Of a stretch of 64,000 bases of DNA, positions 34,673 through 46,560 are shown piece after piece (positions within the stretch are counted from its first letter, which is position 1; the number at the start of each line of letters is the position of its first letter). Made by a program: the position numbers and the translations under genes. Source of the DNA: Antechinus flavipes. Lineage: Eukaryota. The stretch covers positions 612,312,001-612,376,000 of the forward strand of contig NC_067400.1 in NCBI RefSeq assembly GCF_016432865.1. Reading direction: 5' to 3'. The notes below the pieces were generated by a model. The model had not been told where the DNA came from and made no database searches. It was given only the letters and a program-made list of their open reading frames with translations.

Positions 34673-37600
34673 CTGTGGAGAAAGTGGGCAGTGAAAGGCC
34701 TTAGTCACCTCTTTGTCATTTCTCCCTCTCCGTCATGGCTTCCCCCTCTGCTCTCCTCCTCCCTCCACGTCATTCAGCTTCTTCCCTTCTGTTCAGAGAA
34801 TCTGGTTCCTCTCAGAGAAGCTCTTGGCCACATGGGCTCTAAGCTGAGGGATTCTGGGACGTGTGGTCCAGGCTCTGCCTCAGCCTCAGTCCAGCAGCCC
34901 CTCACTCAGTGGAGGCTTTCTCCCCCCTCCTCACCATCCCAGCCTCCTCACCTTAGAGGGTTTCTTCACCACAGCATAGGTGACACTTTGATCCTCAGAT
35001 TGAATACTAACTGGCGAGGTCTCCAGATACCTGGGCCGGGGGGCAAATAAAAGCAGGTGCAATGTTTAACCTGTGTGGGATTACTTGTTGTCTCAGGGAA
35101 GAAGGAGATGGGGACGGAGGGAGAAAAATTTGGAACACAAGCTTTTGTAAGGGGGAATGTTGAAGACTTGCATGTATTTGGAAAAATAAAAGCTTGAAAA
35201 CGATCTTTGCATATATTTTGAAAATAAAAAGCTATTAGTAAGGGGGGGGAAGGAAAAGCTATTTTTAAAAATAAAATAAAAATTATAAAAAAAGAAAGCA
35301 GGTATGAGGAGACACCCCCCTTGACTGCCAACCATGTTCCAGGTCTCAAGGCTATGTTCTCCCTTACCTACCAGCCTTCTGCCCAACCTGGCCTCCTTTT
35401 TCTTGGCTCCCTTTCCAGGCCCCAAACATCCCAGGGGGCATCTCCCATCCTGACATTCCCCTTTTTCTCTCTGGGGCCCTTCCTCCTCCTCCTCCCCCAA
35501 CACATCCTCATCTCTACTTCACATTCGGCCCTCAACTCCCCGAGCTTCTCCGGTCCCACACAAATGTCTCTCCCTTTCCCCTGCCTCCCCAGGACCCAGC
35601 TCCTGGTACTCACGGAGAACTGGGCAAAGGAAACTGCAAAGTGCTATAATCGACCCTTTCCTCCGCTGCAGGATTGTAGTAGCCCAAGGACTGGGGAGCT
35701 GCTGTGGTGGGCGGCTTCCTCATCTGAGAAAAACACGAGGCTTCAACTGTCCTCCTTTGTCTGTGTGAGTGTGTTCCCCCCTCTGGATCTCCCCACAAGA
35801 GCGTCATAAATCACCGCTCACTTTTGAGTCCTGCTCTATGGTCCAAAGCATTTTCAATGGCTTTTAAATAAAGTCTGATCTTCACTTCAGCCCTGGGAGG
35901 TGAGCCATATGAGTGCTCTGTCCTCACTTGCTGACTAAGTAGCCAGCCATTTGTTCAGAGTCTCAGCCAATAATTCCCACACCTCAGGCCTGAACTCCGT
36001 CTCGGGACCCCACACTAGTCCCCTTTCCCCACATTAGGATGCCTCCAATCCTGCCCCATCACACTTCCTGGGGACCATCTGCCCTCATTCCCCTTGCTCT
36101 CGATCCTTACCCTCTTGTTCCTGATAAAGAAGGAGCCCTGTCTGCTGGGCCGCTCCCGGAAATCCTGTTCTCTGATCTTCTTCCAGCTAGAGGCAAAAGA
36201 GAGTAAAAGGGGGAGAGGTGACCCCAGGCACCCTTGGGTCCTGGAGCAGAGTCAGGGGCTGGGGTTGGATGGGGAGAGATCAGTGACCTGAGGTTTAGGA
36301 AGCTCACCATCGGACATATTGGAAGACCAGCAGGGCCAGGAGGAAGATAGCCAGGCACACCCCAAATCCCAATGCAATTCTTTTGCCGATGGTCTCTGGG
36401 CTGTCTGGAGAAGGAAGGGAAGACTCCTTTGTGGGTACAGCTGGGTAGTCACTGGGCTTGCTGCTGGTTTGAGATAGATCCCATCTGCACTCTCACCCCG
36501 AGGGATAACAGGATGCTGTTTTCTAGGTCCCCCATACATACCAACTGCTTCCCACCTCTCCTTCCGTTATTCCCCACCAAGCCCCTGGATCCGGCCAAAC
36601 TCCTCTGCCTTTTCCTCCGACAAACTTTCACAGAGGCCATTTGCCTTTTGGCGTTGTTATAGGCCTATTGACTCATTTGTCCTGTCTTGATCTGGCTCCA
36701 TCAGTCACCTATCTTTGTCCTTGGCTTACAGCATCGTAGACGAGGGAAACAGAGCCCCTCTGCACTTGTGGAGCCCCGAGCCCAAGCCCTTCCCCTTGGA
36801 GAGCCATAGAGGCAATAGGACTACTCTGGGGCCACTGCAGCAAAATAACAAGGGCAAACTGAGTTCTGCAGGCCAAGGGAATCATTCTGAAGGAGGGCTT
36901 GTTGTAGGCGGGGTTCACCTGGGCTAGCCCTGAGCCATATTCAAAAGGTGGATCAAGTGGGGGAAACTACCCTGCGGCAGCCAAATGGCCTCTGTGAAAG
37001 CATGTCGGAGGAAAAGGCAGAGGAGTTTGGCTGGAGCCAAGGGCTTGGTGGGGAATAATGGAAGGAGAGGTGGGAAGCAGTTGGTATGTATGGGCAGAGA
37101 GACCTAGAAAATAGGATGAGGAGCAGGTTATCCCTCGGGGTGAGAGTGCAGATGGGAGCTATCTCAAACCATCAGCAAGCATCACATGTAATGGGGAAAC
37201 ACTAGAAGCATTCCCAGTGAGATCAGAGGTAAAACAAAGTTACTCCCATTTCCATTATTGTTCAATATTGTACTAGAAATGTTCACTTTATCAGTAAGAG
37301 GAGAAACAGAAAGTGGGGATGGGATCAATCTCAAACCATCAGCAAATATCATGTGCAATGGGGATACACTAGAAGCATTCCCAGGGAGATCAAGAGTAAA
37401 ACAAGGTTGCCCCCCCAATCACCATTACTATTCAATATTGGACTAGAAATGTTCACTTTATGGAGAAATAAAGAGTAGGGATGGGAATATAAGGGTGGGC
37501 GAGGCCTTACAATAGACAGTTAGCATGGCAGGAAGTGACTGTCCTGTGCCCAGCTTGTTGGTCCCTTGGCACCAGTAGGCCCCAGACTGGTAGGTCATCA

Positions 37601-40600
37601 CAGGCCACAAGGTCAGCTTCTGACCATAGTAGTTAATCTTTTGCCCTCTCCAATCAAACCAGGTATAGAGGTGAATGGCTGGATTAGCATCAGCTTCACA
37701 GGTGAGTTCTACGCTTGTCTTCTCCATCACCATGTCACTTGGGTTAATGGACACTTGAAGGTGTCTGGGTGGATCTGCAGAGAACAGGAGAGTCAGAAAC
37801 TCAAAGACCCTAGCCATTCTCCCTCCCGGGACCAAAGCCTTTGACCCTTTAGACCCACTCATCCTAGTCCCCGAGCCCTGCCACTCACACAGGACATTCA
37901 GGTCCCATTCCTGAGAACGGCTTTGTCCAATAGAGTTGGTGACAATACAGATGTACAGTCCAGCGTCTTCTGGGGAGATGGAGCTCCAATTCAAGTACTT
38001 CCCCTTATGGAAGTGCTTCCCATTTAGAGTCCAGGAATAATTAACATTTTGGGGGTGACTAGACCCGAAGTCACATTGAAGTCGGACGTGGTCTCCAGAT
38101 CGTATGGCAGATTTGGGAGTTACCAGAATGATTCTGACATCTCTTGGGGCATCTAGGGAGAGAACTCACTGTTGATTTAATCTAGGTCCCAGATGGCTTG
38201 TCTTTTTAGCTTTCCTAGAATTGAGACTTCCCGAACATCTTCTCTCATGCTTCCCTTCCAGGCTCTTCTCTCCTTCAAGAACTCAAGATCCTAGTCTTCC
38301 ATTCCCCCCCATACACCCTGCTCACACTCACCTTCCTGATGCCCAACTCTCCTTTTAAGCCCCTAAACATCTCGGTCCCATCTTTCAGCCCTCCTTTTGC
38401 AGCTCCCTGGGTCAGCCTGCCCTCCAGCTCTCAGCTCTCCCTTGCAGACTCTCCCCTCCCCCTTCTTACACTCCTCTGTTCTCTTACATTGTACATCCAG
38501 ATTGAGAGGAGTTGATGGAGAACATTGAATGTTGCAGGCCCAGCAGGTGATTGGCTCAGCATTCCAGGAGACTTTGGAGATGTTGAAAATGTTGGAACGG
38601 ACTTTTTTAGAGAGCTGTGACCTCCAAAAATAACTGTTGACAGGGGGGTTACTTTGTTCGTAGGAACAGGCCAGGGTCACAAAGTCACCTTCTCGGATTG
38701 GCATCTGACTAATAATAGTCACAAACACCCTAGTGGGGGGATCTGGGAGAGAAACAGAGATTTAGCAGGCAGCCCAATCATCCTACTTCTTCACTCTCTA
38801 CTTTCCACTCTACCTCTTCTCTATTCCTTAAACTTACCTGAGCTGATGGCCTTTCTTAGGTGTCCCACAGGAGAAAGACAGAAATCCCTCTCTTGCTACA
38901 TTTTAATCCAGTGTTTTTGTTCTGCCCCTCTCCTCCCCTCCTTCCCCCTCCCTTACATTACTGTGTCTACAGCTGTGAGCTTCCTGAGAGTATAGACTGT
39001 GCCTTTGGAATATATTCTAGCCCAATGCAAGGTATGGCTCTTTCTAGCTATGGGTCAGTCCCATAACCTCTTTGTACCTCAGTTTCTTCATCTGTAAAAT
39101 GGGTCTATATTTCTTCATACTTTATGACTTTTGAGAGTTCCAACAAGATAATGTATGTAAGGTATTCTGTAAACCATGAAACGCTACATAAATGCCAACT
39201 ATTATATTTTTGCTAGTATAAATTAGTGTTTTAATGATGACAGTGGCAATGAGGTGTCACTTCCATGTCCGGGATCAGTTCTGCACATGACTCCTTGCTC
39301 ATCCCAAATCCTCCCACTCCTACCCCCCTACCCCACCTTTGCCCCCCCCCCCCAGCATCGCATGGCCAAGCTTACACTGCACATCCAGCCTGGCTTTCTC
39401 ACTGATTTCACTCCAGCCCTCACTGTTCTCAGCCAGACAGGTGTACTGGCCAGTTTGTTGTCGATTAACCCTTTGGAACATGAGCTTCTGGTTTGTCTCT
39501 CCTAGAATCTGCTTCTCATCTTGATACCAAATATAATTGGTTGGAAGAGGGTAGGCTTTGGTTGTACAATACAGCTCCACGGTGTCATTTTCTAGCACAG
39601 TGAATTTATTAGACTGAACCTTGGAAAGCTTGGGGGAATCTGGAGGGAGAGGAGAGAAGCTGGCATGAGATTGGTGGGGTGATCCCACTGACCAATAAAT
39701 ATCTCTTTCCCTCAAACACCAGCCCCCAAGGTCCTACACAAAGCAAATAGTAATAATAATAATAATAATCATGAATCAGCCATTCTTCCTCCATTCCCCA
39801 AATTTACTCCAAAGACTCCCTGATCCCTCCCTAAGCCCTCAACCCCATGATCTACTCACATAGGACTTGGAGATGCACCGCTTCTGATTTCCCTTGGCCT
39901 ATTTCATTCATTGCTGCACATTGGTAATTCCCAGTCCATTGCCACTGTATGTTGGACAGAATCAGATTTTCACTCTGATTTAGCAGATCAATTTCATCTC
40001 TGAACCAAAGAAATCTGCCTTGAACCTCGGGGTTGCTGCTTTGGAGCAAACACTTCAGAGTCACTGATTCTCCCTCCTTCACTTCTAGGGGGATATTGGC
40101 CTCGATGGTTATCTTTGGGGTATCTGGAAGGGCAGAGAGTAAATTAAATAAAAAGAGAATTTGCCAGAGAGATTGAGAGAAGGGATTAACGGGGAAAACT
40201 CAAGGATTCTGGAACCCTTCAGGTGAGATCTACAAGTCCTTAGGGATGAAGACATGGACATCGATAGAAAGGAAATCAAGAGTGATTGCATGGCTTAAAG
40301 GATTTTCAAGTGTTTATAAATCTAGCTTCATTTTTCACGTGAAGAAAGGCTGAGTGAGGCCGAGAGAGAAGAAGTTGTCTGAGATAGCCCAAATATTCTG
40401 CACTAACAGCAAGAATGGACCTGGCAATTCCAAAGATTTGAGATAGAAAACGCCATCCGCATCCAGAGAGAGAACTATGGAAACCAAATGACTTTTGGGG
40501 ATTTTGTTTTGTTTTGTTTTCTTTCTCATGGTTTCTTTCCCTTTTGGTTTTTTTCTTGCATGACATGACAAATATGGAATTACATTTAAAAGAACTGCAT

Positions 40601-43600
40601 ATGTTTAACCTATATCAGATTACTTGCTGTCTTGGGGAGAGGAAAGATAATGGAGGGAGGGAGAAAAACATGAAACACAAAGTCTTCTAAAAAATGAATA
40701 TTAAAAATGAATAAAAAATAAATTTTAAATGAATTTTTAAATGGGTCAAAATTGAACTGATTATCTATTGAGAATACTTATTTTTATTTTTAAAAATTTT
40801 ACTTTGTTTGCTAAGGCAATTGGAGTTAAGTGACTAGCCCAAGGTCCCATAGCCAGTGCTCTATCTACTGTGCCATCTTGCTGCCCTGAGAATACCTATT
40901 TTTAAAAAATGGAACTTGGGTTTTGAGTGCCTCCAAGTCCAACTCATAATTCCCTGGACCATGCTGCTCCTCAGAATTTGTAGCTTCGGTGAAGGAAAGC
41001 TCAGTCAAGCACCGGCTGTCCTAAGTAAGAAGTAAGCCCTCCTTGAAGCTTCTGCTCCTAGAATTACTTCTCCTTATACACATGTATAGCCCAGTAAAAT
41101 GGTATCTTCTTGAAGAAAGTCAAGAACACTCTCCTATCTTGGTCTATATATTCCTTTTTTTGTTGAATCAATCATGTTGACTCATATTTATCAAGCACTT
41201 ACTATGTGCCAGGTTTTGTTCTAAGCCAGCGACACAAAGAATGGTAAAAACCACAGTCCCTATCCTCAAGGAAATCACATTTTAATTGAGGAGACTACAG
41301 TCAAACCATGGAGCACATGCAAATATGGGGTGTCAGTGGGAGATAATCTCAGTGAGGAAACCTCTAGAAGTAGAGTGATCTGGGAAAGGCCTGTTAGAGA
41401 AGGTGGGATTTTAGTAGAGATTTGAAAGACATAAGGAAAGAGCCTTCCAGCCCCAGGAGACAGCCAGAGCAAATGCAGAAGGATGGGAAGTGGAGTATCA
41501 GGGTGAGGAACAGACCTACTTAAATGTGTATTGATCTAGAATTGCACTTTATTGTCCATCTACCTTCTGATCTATTAGCCTGAGGCTGATATTAAAAATA
41601 AGTCTATAATCTCTGAGGTCAGGGATTCAAGGCGGAAGGAGCTGGCACTCCAGCATCCGGGGTCTGAGTCTTAGGGAAGAGGTTCCACCATTGCCTCTAG
41701 CTCATCCTTACATGTAGGTGATTGAGTCATTCTTCCGCTGCTCTCTGGGCAGACCCTAATCAAGATATCTGGGATTAGGGAGCTGCTAATGATAGAAGGT
41801 CTTTCATAGGGAACAGGGGTCCCACCAAACAACACATTCAGGGAAACTCACGTCTCACATCCAGCTGCACGATCTTCTCAGAGAATTGCTTGTCTTCCTT
41901 GTCCCAGACGCGGCAAGCCAGTTCCTTGCCATGGTGAGTCCAATTGGGAGTGAATGTGAATTGGCTCTCTGTTGAGATCCTCTGGGTTGAATTGAAGGTT
42001 GACTTCTTAACTTGGTCCGCTGGAACCTCCTGTCCATCCAGGAACCAGCGCAAGCTCACAAGGTAGTCATAACAGAAATGGTTCAGAAAGCAGGTTACAG
42101 TGACCTGTTGCAACTCTTGGAGCTGCTGGGGGATCTGAATGTGTGGTGGAGGCACAGTTGCTGAGGGAGAAAAAAAAAGGAGGGTCTAGAATGGGAGGAG
42201 GAAGGGGAGCCTCTTAGCTCTAATCTGGGATATTCAGCCCGGATCTCCTTCAGGACCACTTTCCCCTTAGCCCTTCCTGACTCCAGCGATTTACCCTATG
42301 GAAATGTTGGCTTCTTGGTAGTTACTTTATAAAATCATTGTAGTCGTAGTAGCAATGAGAATAACTGTAACAAGAACAAGGAGTAACAAAAACAAATGAA
42401 ACTTCCTATTTATATCATGCTTTTAAAGTTGAAAAGACACTGGTCACAAAAGCCCCTCCAGGAGTGTAGGTAGTGCAAGGAACTTTCCTGGCCCAAGTTT
42501 TTGGTGCTCCCTCTCTCCTTCTTGAAATTATTTTTTAGATATTTGCACATATTCTATTCCCTGCCCTCACCCCAGAATGGGAAGGTCCTTGAGGACAGGG
42601 ACTATTCCATTTTTCTTTGTATTCCCAGCCCCTAGCACAGTGCTCGAGCCAGAGTAGGTGTTTAATAAAGAATTGTTGAACTGGAGTGAGTATCATGGCC
42701 ATTTTATAGAGAGGGATGTTCTTTCTATCCTTGCTCATGTGCCCAGCTGAGAATTCTACAAGGGCAGGGACACTGTCTCCCCCCAGACCATGGGCTCCCT
42801 AGGACTTAGGATCTGCCTGGCTGGCATCTCCTTCTGCGCCTCCCTGCCAGGACCCAACACAGAGCAGCTCATGCTTACTTTTTGTTTAGAGCAAATCCCA
42901 GCATGCTTTGCTCAGGGAAGGGGGCCATGAGCCATGTGCCTCAGCTTAAAGGGAAGCCCATTCTTCTCATCCCCCGGCCCCTCACCAGTGACGTTGAGAT
43001 GCATGTAGGACATCCACATCTCATCTCCCTGGGCGATCATCCTCAGCCCCAGGACCCCACTGTCGGACATCTGCACCTCACGGATGAGCAAACTGCAGTC
43101 CTCTTTCTTTTGGCGTCCCAGAAACACTATCCTTGAATTCTCAGGGGAATTGTGCAGGCTGAAGAGAATGGTCCCTTGGAATTTCTTGATAGCCTCGTCA
43201 TACACCGGATTGTGGTACAAGAGAAAATCCTCTAGTGATTGGATATCATTTTTGATCTTGAAGCTGCAGGGGATCTGAACACAGGTGCCTTCCCAAACAT
43301 CTATGTCATTTGGTAGCTTGACATTCCAGTTACAGAGCCCCAGAAACGGGAATCCTGGGACCCAAAGGCAAACAGGAGAAAGAGGGAAGAAATAGGATCA
43401 AGAAAGAAAACCAATTCTCTCTGAGGGATAGCAAGACAGAAAGAACAAGAAACAGACTGTAACACAGAGACTGGATTGAGGGGAAAAACCCATACACAGA
43501 ACCAAGCGGAGTCCGTGGAAAAAGAGGGAGACCGAGTCTGTTAAGAGCAGTGACTCCTTTGGGCCCTCCTATATAGAGTCAGCTTCTCCCACCCCTCTTC

Positions 43601-43710
43601 CAACAGCATCCTCTTGCCTAAAATCTATCTCCCTCCTCAGCTCCAGCTCCCAGGTACTAGAAACAGTCCTTACCAATAGCTAGAAATGAAAGCTGAAGGA
43701 GGCCTCTCAT
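34538..43710 (-). CDS. CD22: CD22 (Siglec-2), 13 coding exons, 2523 nt, 840 aa
   Basis: Exons 43674-43710, 42986-43354, 41852-42160, 39860-40123, 39376-39639, 38488-38742, 37889-38152, 37511-37774, 36308-36404, 36111-36186, 35614-35723, 34952-35030, 34538-34672. All GT-AG, phases consistent; one V-set and six C2 Ig domains, TM, ITIM tail. Confidence 0.95.
34952..35030 (-). CDS. CD22: CD22 cytoplasmic exon (79 nt)
   Basis: YLETSPVSIQSEDQSVTYAVVKKPSK; CCCAG acceptor, GTGAG donor. Confidence 0.9.
35045..35290 (+). mobile_element. L1 3' end fragment in CD22 intron
   Basis: GGGAGAAAAATTTGGAACACAAG..GAATGTTGAA..AAATAAAAAGCT, typical marsupial L1 3' UTR. Confidence 0.7.
35614..35723 (-). CDS. CD22: CD22 cytoplasmic exon (110 nt)
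   Basis: MRKPPTTAAPQSLGYYNPAAEERVDYSTLQFPLPSSP. Confidence 0.93.
36111..36186 (-). CDS. CD22: CD22 juxtamembrane exon (76 nt)
   Basis: WKKIREQDFRERPSRQGSFFIRNKR; resembles human ..SFFVRNKK. Confidence 0.93.
36308..36404 (-). CDS. CD22: CD22 transmembrane exon (97 nt)
   Basis: YSPETIGKRIALGFGVCLAIFLLALLVFQYVR. Confidence 0.95.
36456..37180. repeat. Inverted repeat, arms 36456-36643 and 36982-37180, loop 338 nt
   Basis: Manual alignment of one arm to the reverse complement of the other gives roughly 88-90% identity, with perfect runs of 29-35 nt. Confidence 0.95.
37161..37480 (+). mobile_element. Tandemly duplicated L1 ORF2 RT fragment (period 167 bp)
   Basis: Both copies encode decayed LKPSA.I.CNG..LEAFP.RS.VKQG..LFNI.LEM; starts at 37161 and 37328. 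Confidence 0.9.
37511..37774 (-). CDS. CD22: CD22 Ig domain 7 exon
   Basis: YPPRHLQVSINPSDMVMEKTSVELTCEADANP..GAYWCQGTNKLG..LTVY. Confidence 0.95.
37889..38152 (-). CDS. CD22: CD22 Ig domain 6 exon
   Basis: YAPRDVRIIL..VRLQCDFGSSHP..SISPEDAGLYICIVTNSIG..LNVL. Confidence 0.95.
38488..38742 (-). CDS. CD22: CD22 Ig domain 5 exon
   Basis: YPPTRVFVTIISQMPIREGDFVTLACSY..ITCWACNIQCS..LDVQ. Confidence 0.95.
39376..39639 (-). CDS. CD22: CD22 Ig domain 4 exon
   Basis: YSPKLSKVQ..VELYCTTKAYPLPTNYIWY..GQYTCLAENSEG..LDVQ. Confidence 0.95.
39860..40123 (-). CDS. CD22: CD22 Ig domain 3 exon
   Basis: HTPKITIE..VKEGESVTLKCLLQSSNPE..GNYQCAAMNEIGQGKSEAVHLQVL. Confidence 0.95.
40365..40740 (+). mobile_element. 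Old L1 3' UTR fragment
   Basis: ..ATCCAGAGAGAGAACTATGGA..ACATGACAAATATGGAA..GGAGGGAGAAAAA.. pattern. Confidence 0.7.
40786..40886 (-). mobile_element. Internally deleted WSINE1-type SINE
   Basis: Head and tail present; 17-bp TSD TGAGAATAC(T/C)TATTTTT at 40769-40785 and 40887-40903. Confidence 0.75.
41852..42160 (-). CDS. CD22: CD22 Ig domain 2 exon
   Basis: PPPHIQIPQQLQELQQVTVTCFLN..FTPNWTHHGKELACRV..VQLDVR. Confidence 0.95.
42986..43354 (-). CDS. CD22: CD22 V-set (sialic-acid-binding) exon
   Basis: WEGTCVQIPCSF..YHNPVY..CSLLIREVQMSDSGVLGLRMI..WMSYMHLNVT; the essential Arg of GLRM is retained. Confidence 0.96.
43674..43710 (-). CDS. CD22: CD22 start/signal-peptide exon (full exon 43674-43738)
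   Basis: TTTTCAG acceptor, GCCATCATG, MRGLLQLSFLAI-G, GTAAG donor; phase 1 fits the V-set exon. Confidence 0.88.
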
Positions 43711-45009
43711 GATGGCGCCTCTGGTCCGGTCAGAGCTCCTGAAAACAGAAAATCAGTTCTCGGCTCAATCAGGTAAGTTCCTTGTTTTCTCCAGGATGCG
43801 TCCTTTGGTTGCCCCATTTAGCTCTGACCGTTGCTTTCCTTCTACGTCCCCTCAACACTTCTCAGAATATCTACATTGTTCCGGAGTTGTCTGGGTACAT
43901 CACTCCTTTGTACGTTTGGGGGGCACGTCTGTTCATAACTATTTTTGAATATCTTGTCTCACTTGTTAGATTAGGAGACAGGGAATAAGACGCCCTCTTC
44001 TCCTGTTTTCTCTCTGTTTAGGACTCTACACAGGAGAGAGTCATCCCCAGGTGTTGGCTCACTAGGTCAGAGAGATGAGAGAGTGGAGGGTTCAGCCAAC
44101 TGGCCCTTAGCTCTCCTTCACCTCCACCCCAAATTTTCTCACTTTCTGAATGTACACATAGTGCCTCTTGTCACCCTAGTTGTGATTAATATTTGCATAA
44201 AGTTAAATTTGTCTCTATTTACATGCAGGTGCCTTCAGCAGGGTCTCTTGGGGAATGACCAGGATGTGTCGATAGAGTGTGTCTCCTGTCACATCAGATT
44301 TGCTCCCATCTCTACTCTTTTTTGCCCTCTCTATATGGCTCCTCTCCTAAAGTTTGTCTAAGAAAAAAAGCTCATATGGGACAGGTACTGGGATAAAGGA
44401 AGCTGGCAAAGGCCCAAAGAGGAAAAGAGAAGTGACCCATTGGCTGGGGGTGAGGGGGGCAAAGCTATATTCTGGGATAAATAGAATTCAACAAGTTAGA
44501 AGTGGAGAGAGATTCCCAAGATTCAGTGGGCTGAACCCAGGGATGAATGGGGCTATACCACAGTAATGATCATCGTTCTCTATCATTAAGCCCAATCTCA
44601 GCAAGCATGTGGCGTCCAGTTCCCTAATGTGCTTAGCTCTAGGCCAAGTCCCCACCTGACACCCTGATCAGGAACCTGGCTTGGGCCCCCACAGGAAGAT
44701 GGATGGATTTTAGACTACACGCTCCTGCTTCAGACAACCAGGAAATTTCAGGCTAACTAAGGGCTGTTCCCACCTTAGTGCAGTGATCCAAGAAGAAAGA
44801 AAGAGAAGTTGGGGACCAATCAGGACCCAGACATGGAGAGCTTACTGTAGCCCATGTTAAAGTTGGTTTCAAGGCAACATCAAGGAGAAGAAAGTCAGTG
44901 CTGACCAAGAAGGGCACTTGGCAACATGAATGGGATTACAAGGATGATGGGGAAGGAACAAGAGAGAAAAGGAAAATATAGGCTAGGAAAGAGCAGGGTG
45001 CCTTTTTAC

Positions 45010-45085
45010 CTGCTTCTTGAACATCCTCCGCTTCTTCCTCCTTATGGGTGAGAACAGCATCAATGAAAAAGAGGAAGCTCTTTGC
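45010..45085 (-). promoter_or_regulatory. Candidate CD22 non-coding first exon/promoter with PU.1-like box
   Basis: Donor CAG|GTAAAA at 45010 and AAAAAGAGGAAG at 45066-45077; not confirmed. Confidence 0.3.
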
Positions 45086-45704
45086 TTTTAACATCTAGCC
45101 CAGATCTGTGACTCAATCAGTCTCCTCCCCTGTCTTGAGAAAACTGAGAACCAATCTGAAAGTTTTGGTGGAGTGGGGAGAGAAAAAGTTGGGGGGCAAA
45201 GAATAGTAATTTACTTGGATTCAGGTCTTGGTTATTCAAGTAATGGAATGCACAAAGCAAAATGTGTTTAATATCAGGTCGGTTGCCCTTGGCCATCTTA
45301 GCATGCCTCTGGTCACTGTCTTCTCTTGTTTTCCCTTTTCTATCAACACAGCTCAGGAAATTAAAATTATTTCAGTACTATATATAAGCCCAGAACATCT
45401 TGAGGGTCAATATGGTTTTAAAAGTTATACATAGTCTTATGAAGTCAAATAGAAATTACATTGTGGATTTGTTGTCATTTTTGATTTTTCGAGGAGCTTG
45501 CCATTTCTTTCTCCAGATCATTTTACAGATAAAGAAACCGAGGCAAATGGGTGAAGTGACTTGATCAGAATCACATAGCTAGGAAGTGTCTGAGGCCAGA
45601 TTTGAATTCAGGAAAGTGAGTTTTCCTGACTCCAATCCAGCACTCAATTCATTATGGCACTATCTAGCTGCCCCATTGTAAATTATTTGCCATTTAAAAA
45701 TTAT

Positions 45705-46410
45705 CTATGAACTATGCCCAAAGGGCTATCAGACTGTGCATATCCTTTGATCCAGAAGTAGCTCTACTGGGCCTGTATCCCAAAGAGATCTTAAGGAGCA
45801 AAAGGGACCCACATGTGCAAAAAAATGTTTGTGGCAGCTTTTTTTGTAGAGGCAAGGAACTGGAAACTGAGTGGATGCCCATCAGTTGGGGAATGGCTGA
45901 ATAAGTTATGCGATATGAATGTCATGGAATATTATTGTTCTTTAAGAAATGACCATCAGGAGGATTTCAGAAAGGCCTGGAGACACTTGGATGAACTGGT
46001 GCTAAGTGAAGTGAGCAGAACCAGGAGATCATTGTATACAGCAACAGCAAGATTATACCATGATCAATTCTGATGGACGTGGCTCTCCTCAACAGCAAGG
46101 TGATTCAGGCCAGTTCCAATGATCTTGTGATGAAGAGAGACATCTGCACCCAGAGAGAGAACTATCAGAACTCAATGTGGATCACTACATAGCATTTTCA
46201 CTCTTTTTGTTGTTGTTTGCTTGCATTTTATTTTCTTAGTTTTTCCCTTTTTAATCTGATTTTTCTTGTGCAACGCGATAATTGTGGAAATACATATAGA
46301 AAAAGTACACGTTGGGGGGAAAGGTGAGAAAGAAAATTTGGAACACAAGGTTTTTCAAGGGTGAATGTTGAAAATCATCTATGTATATGTTTTGAATATA
46401 AAAAGCTTTA
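45705..46410 (+). mobile_element. L1 ORF2 3' end plus 3' UTR
   Basis: ORFs MNYAQRAI..DPEVALLGLYPKEI and VGEWLNKL..YHDQF*. Confidence 0.92.
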
Positions 46411-46560
46411 GGGGCAGCTAGTTGGTGTAGTGGATAGAGCACTGGCCCTGAAGTCAGAAGAACTGAGTTCAAATCTAGCCTCAGACATTTAACACTTCCT
46501 AGCTGTGTGATATTGGGCCAATCACTTAACCCCAATTGCCTCAGCAAATAAATAAAAAGG
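46411..46560 (+). mobile_element. WSINE1-type SINE in the L1 tail
   Basis: GGGGCAGCTAG..GTGGATAGAGCACTGGCCCTGAAGTCAG..CCCCAATTGCCTCAGCAAA. Confidence 0.88.

Noticed and set aside
36644-36981. Idea that the inverted repeat loops out the CD22 TM exon
   Set aside because: The TM exon is at 36308-36404, outside the repeat; the loop ORFs on both strands have no TM or CD22 similarity.
43709-43790. Plus-strand ORF with TGGCGCC (PBS-like) and a CAG|GTAAGT donor
   Set aside because: It is the antisense of the CD22 ATG exon; the match to a tRNA 3' end is only 7 nt and no LTR precedes it.
12045-46560. tRNA-like A/B-box sequences as tRNA genes
   Set aside because: They are heads of WSINE1/MIR SINEs followed by CORE sequence; no cloverleaf gene, rRNA or CRISPR array is supported anywhere in the window.
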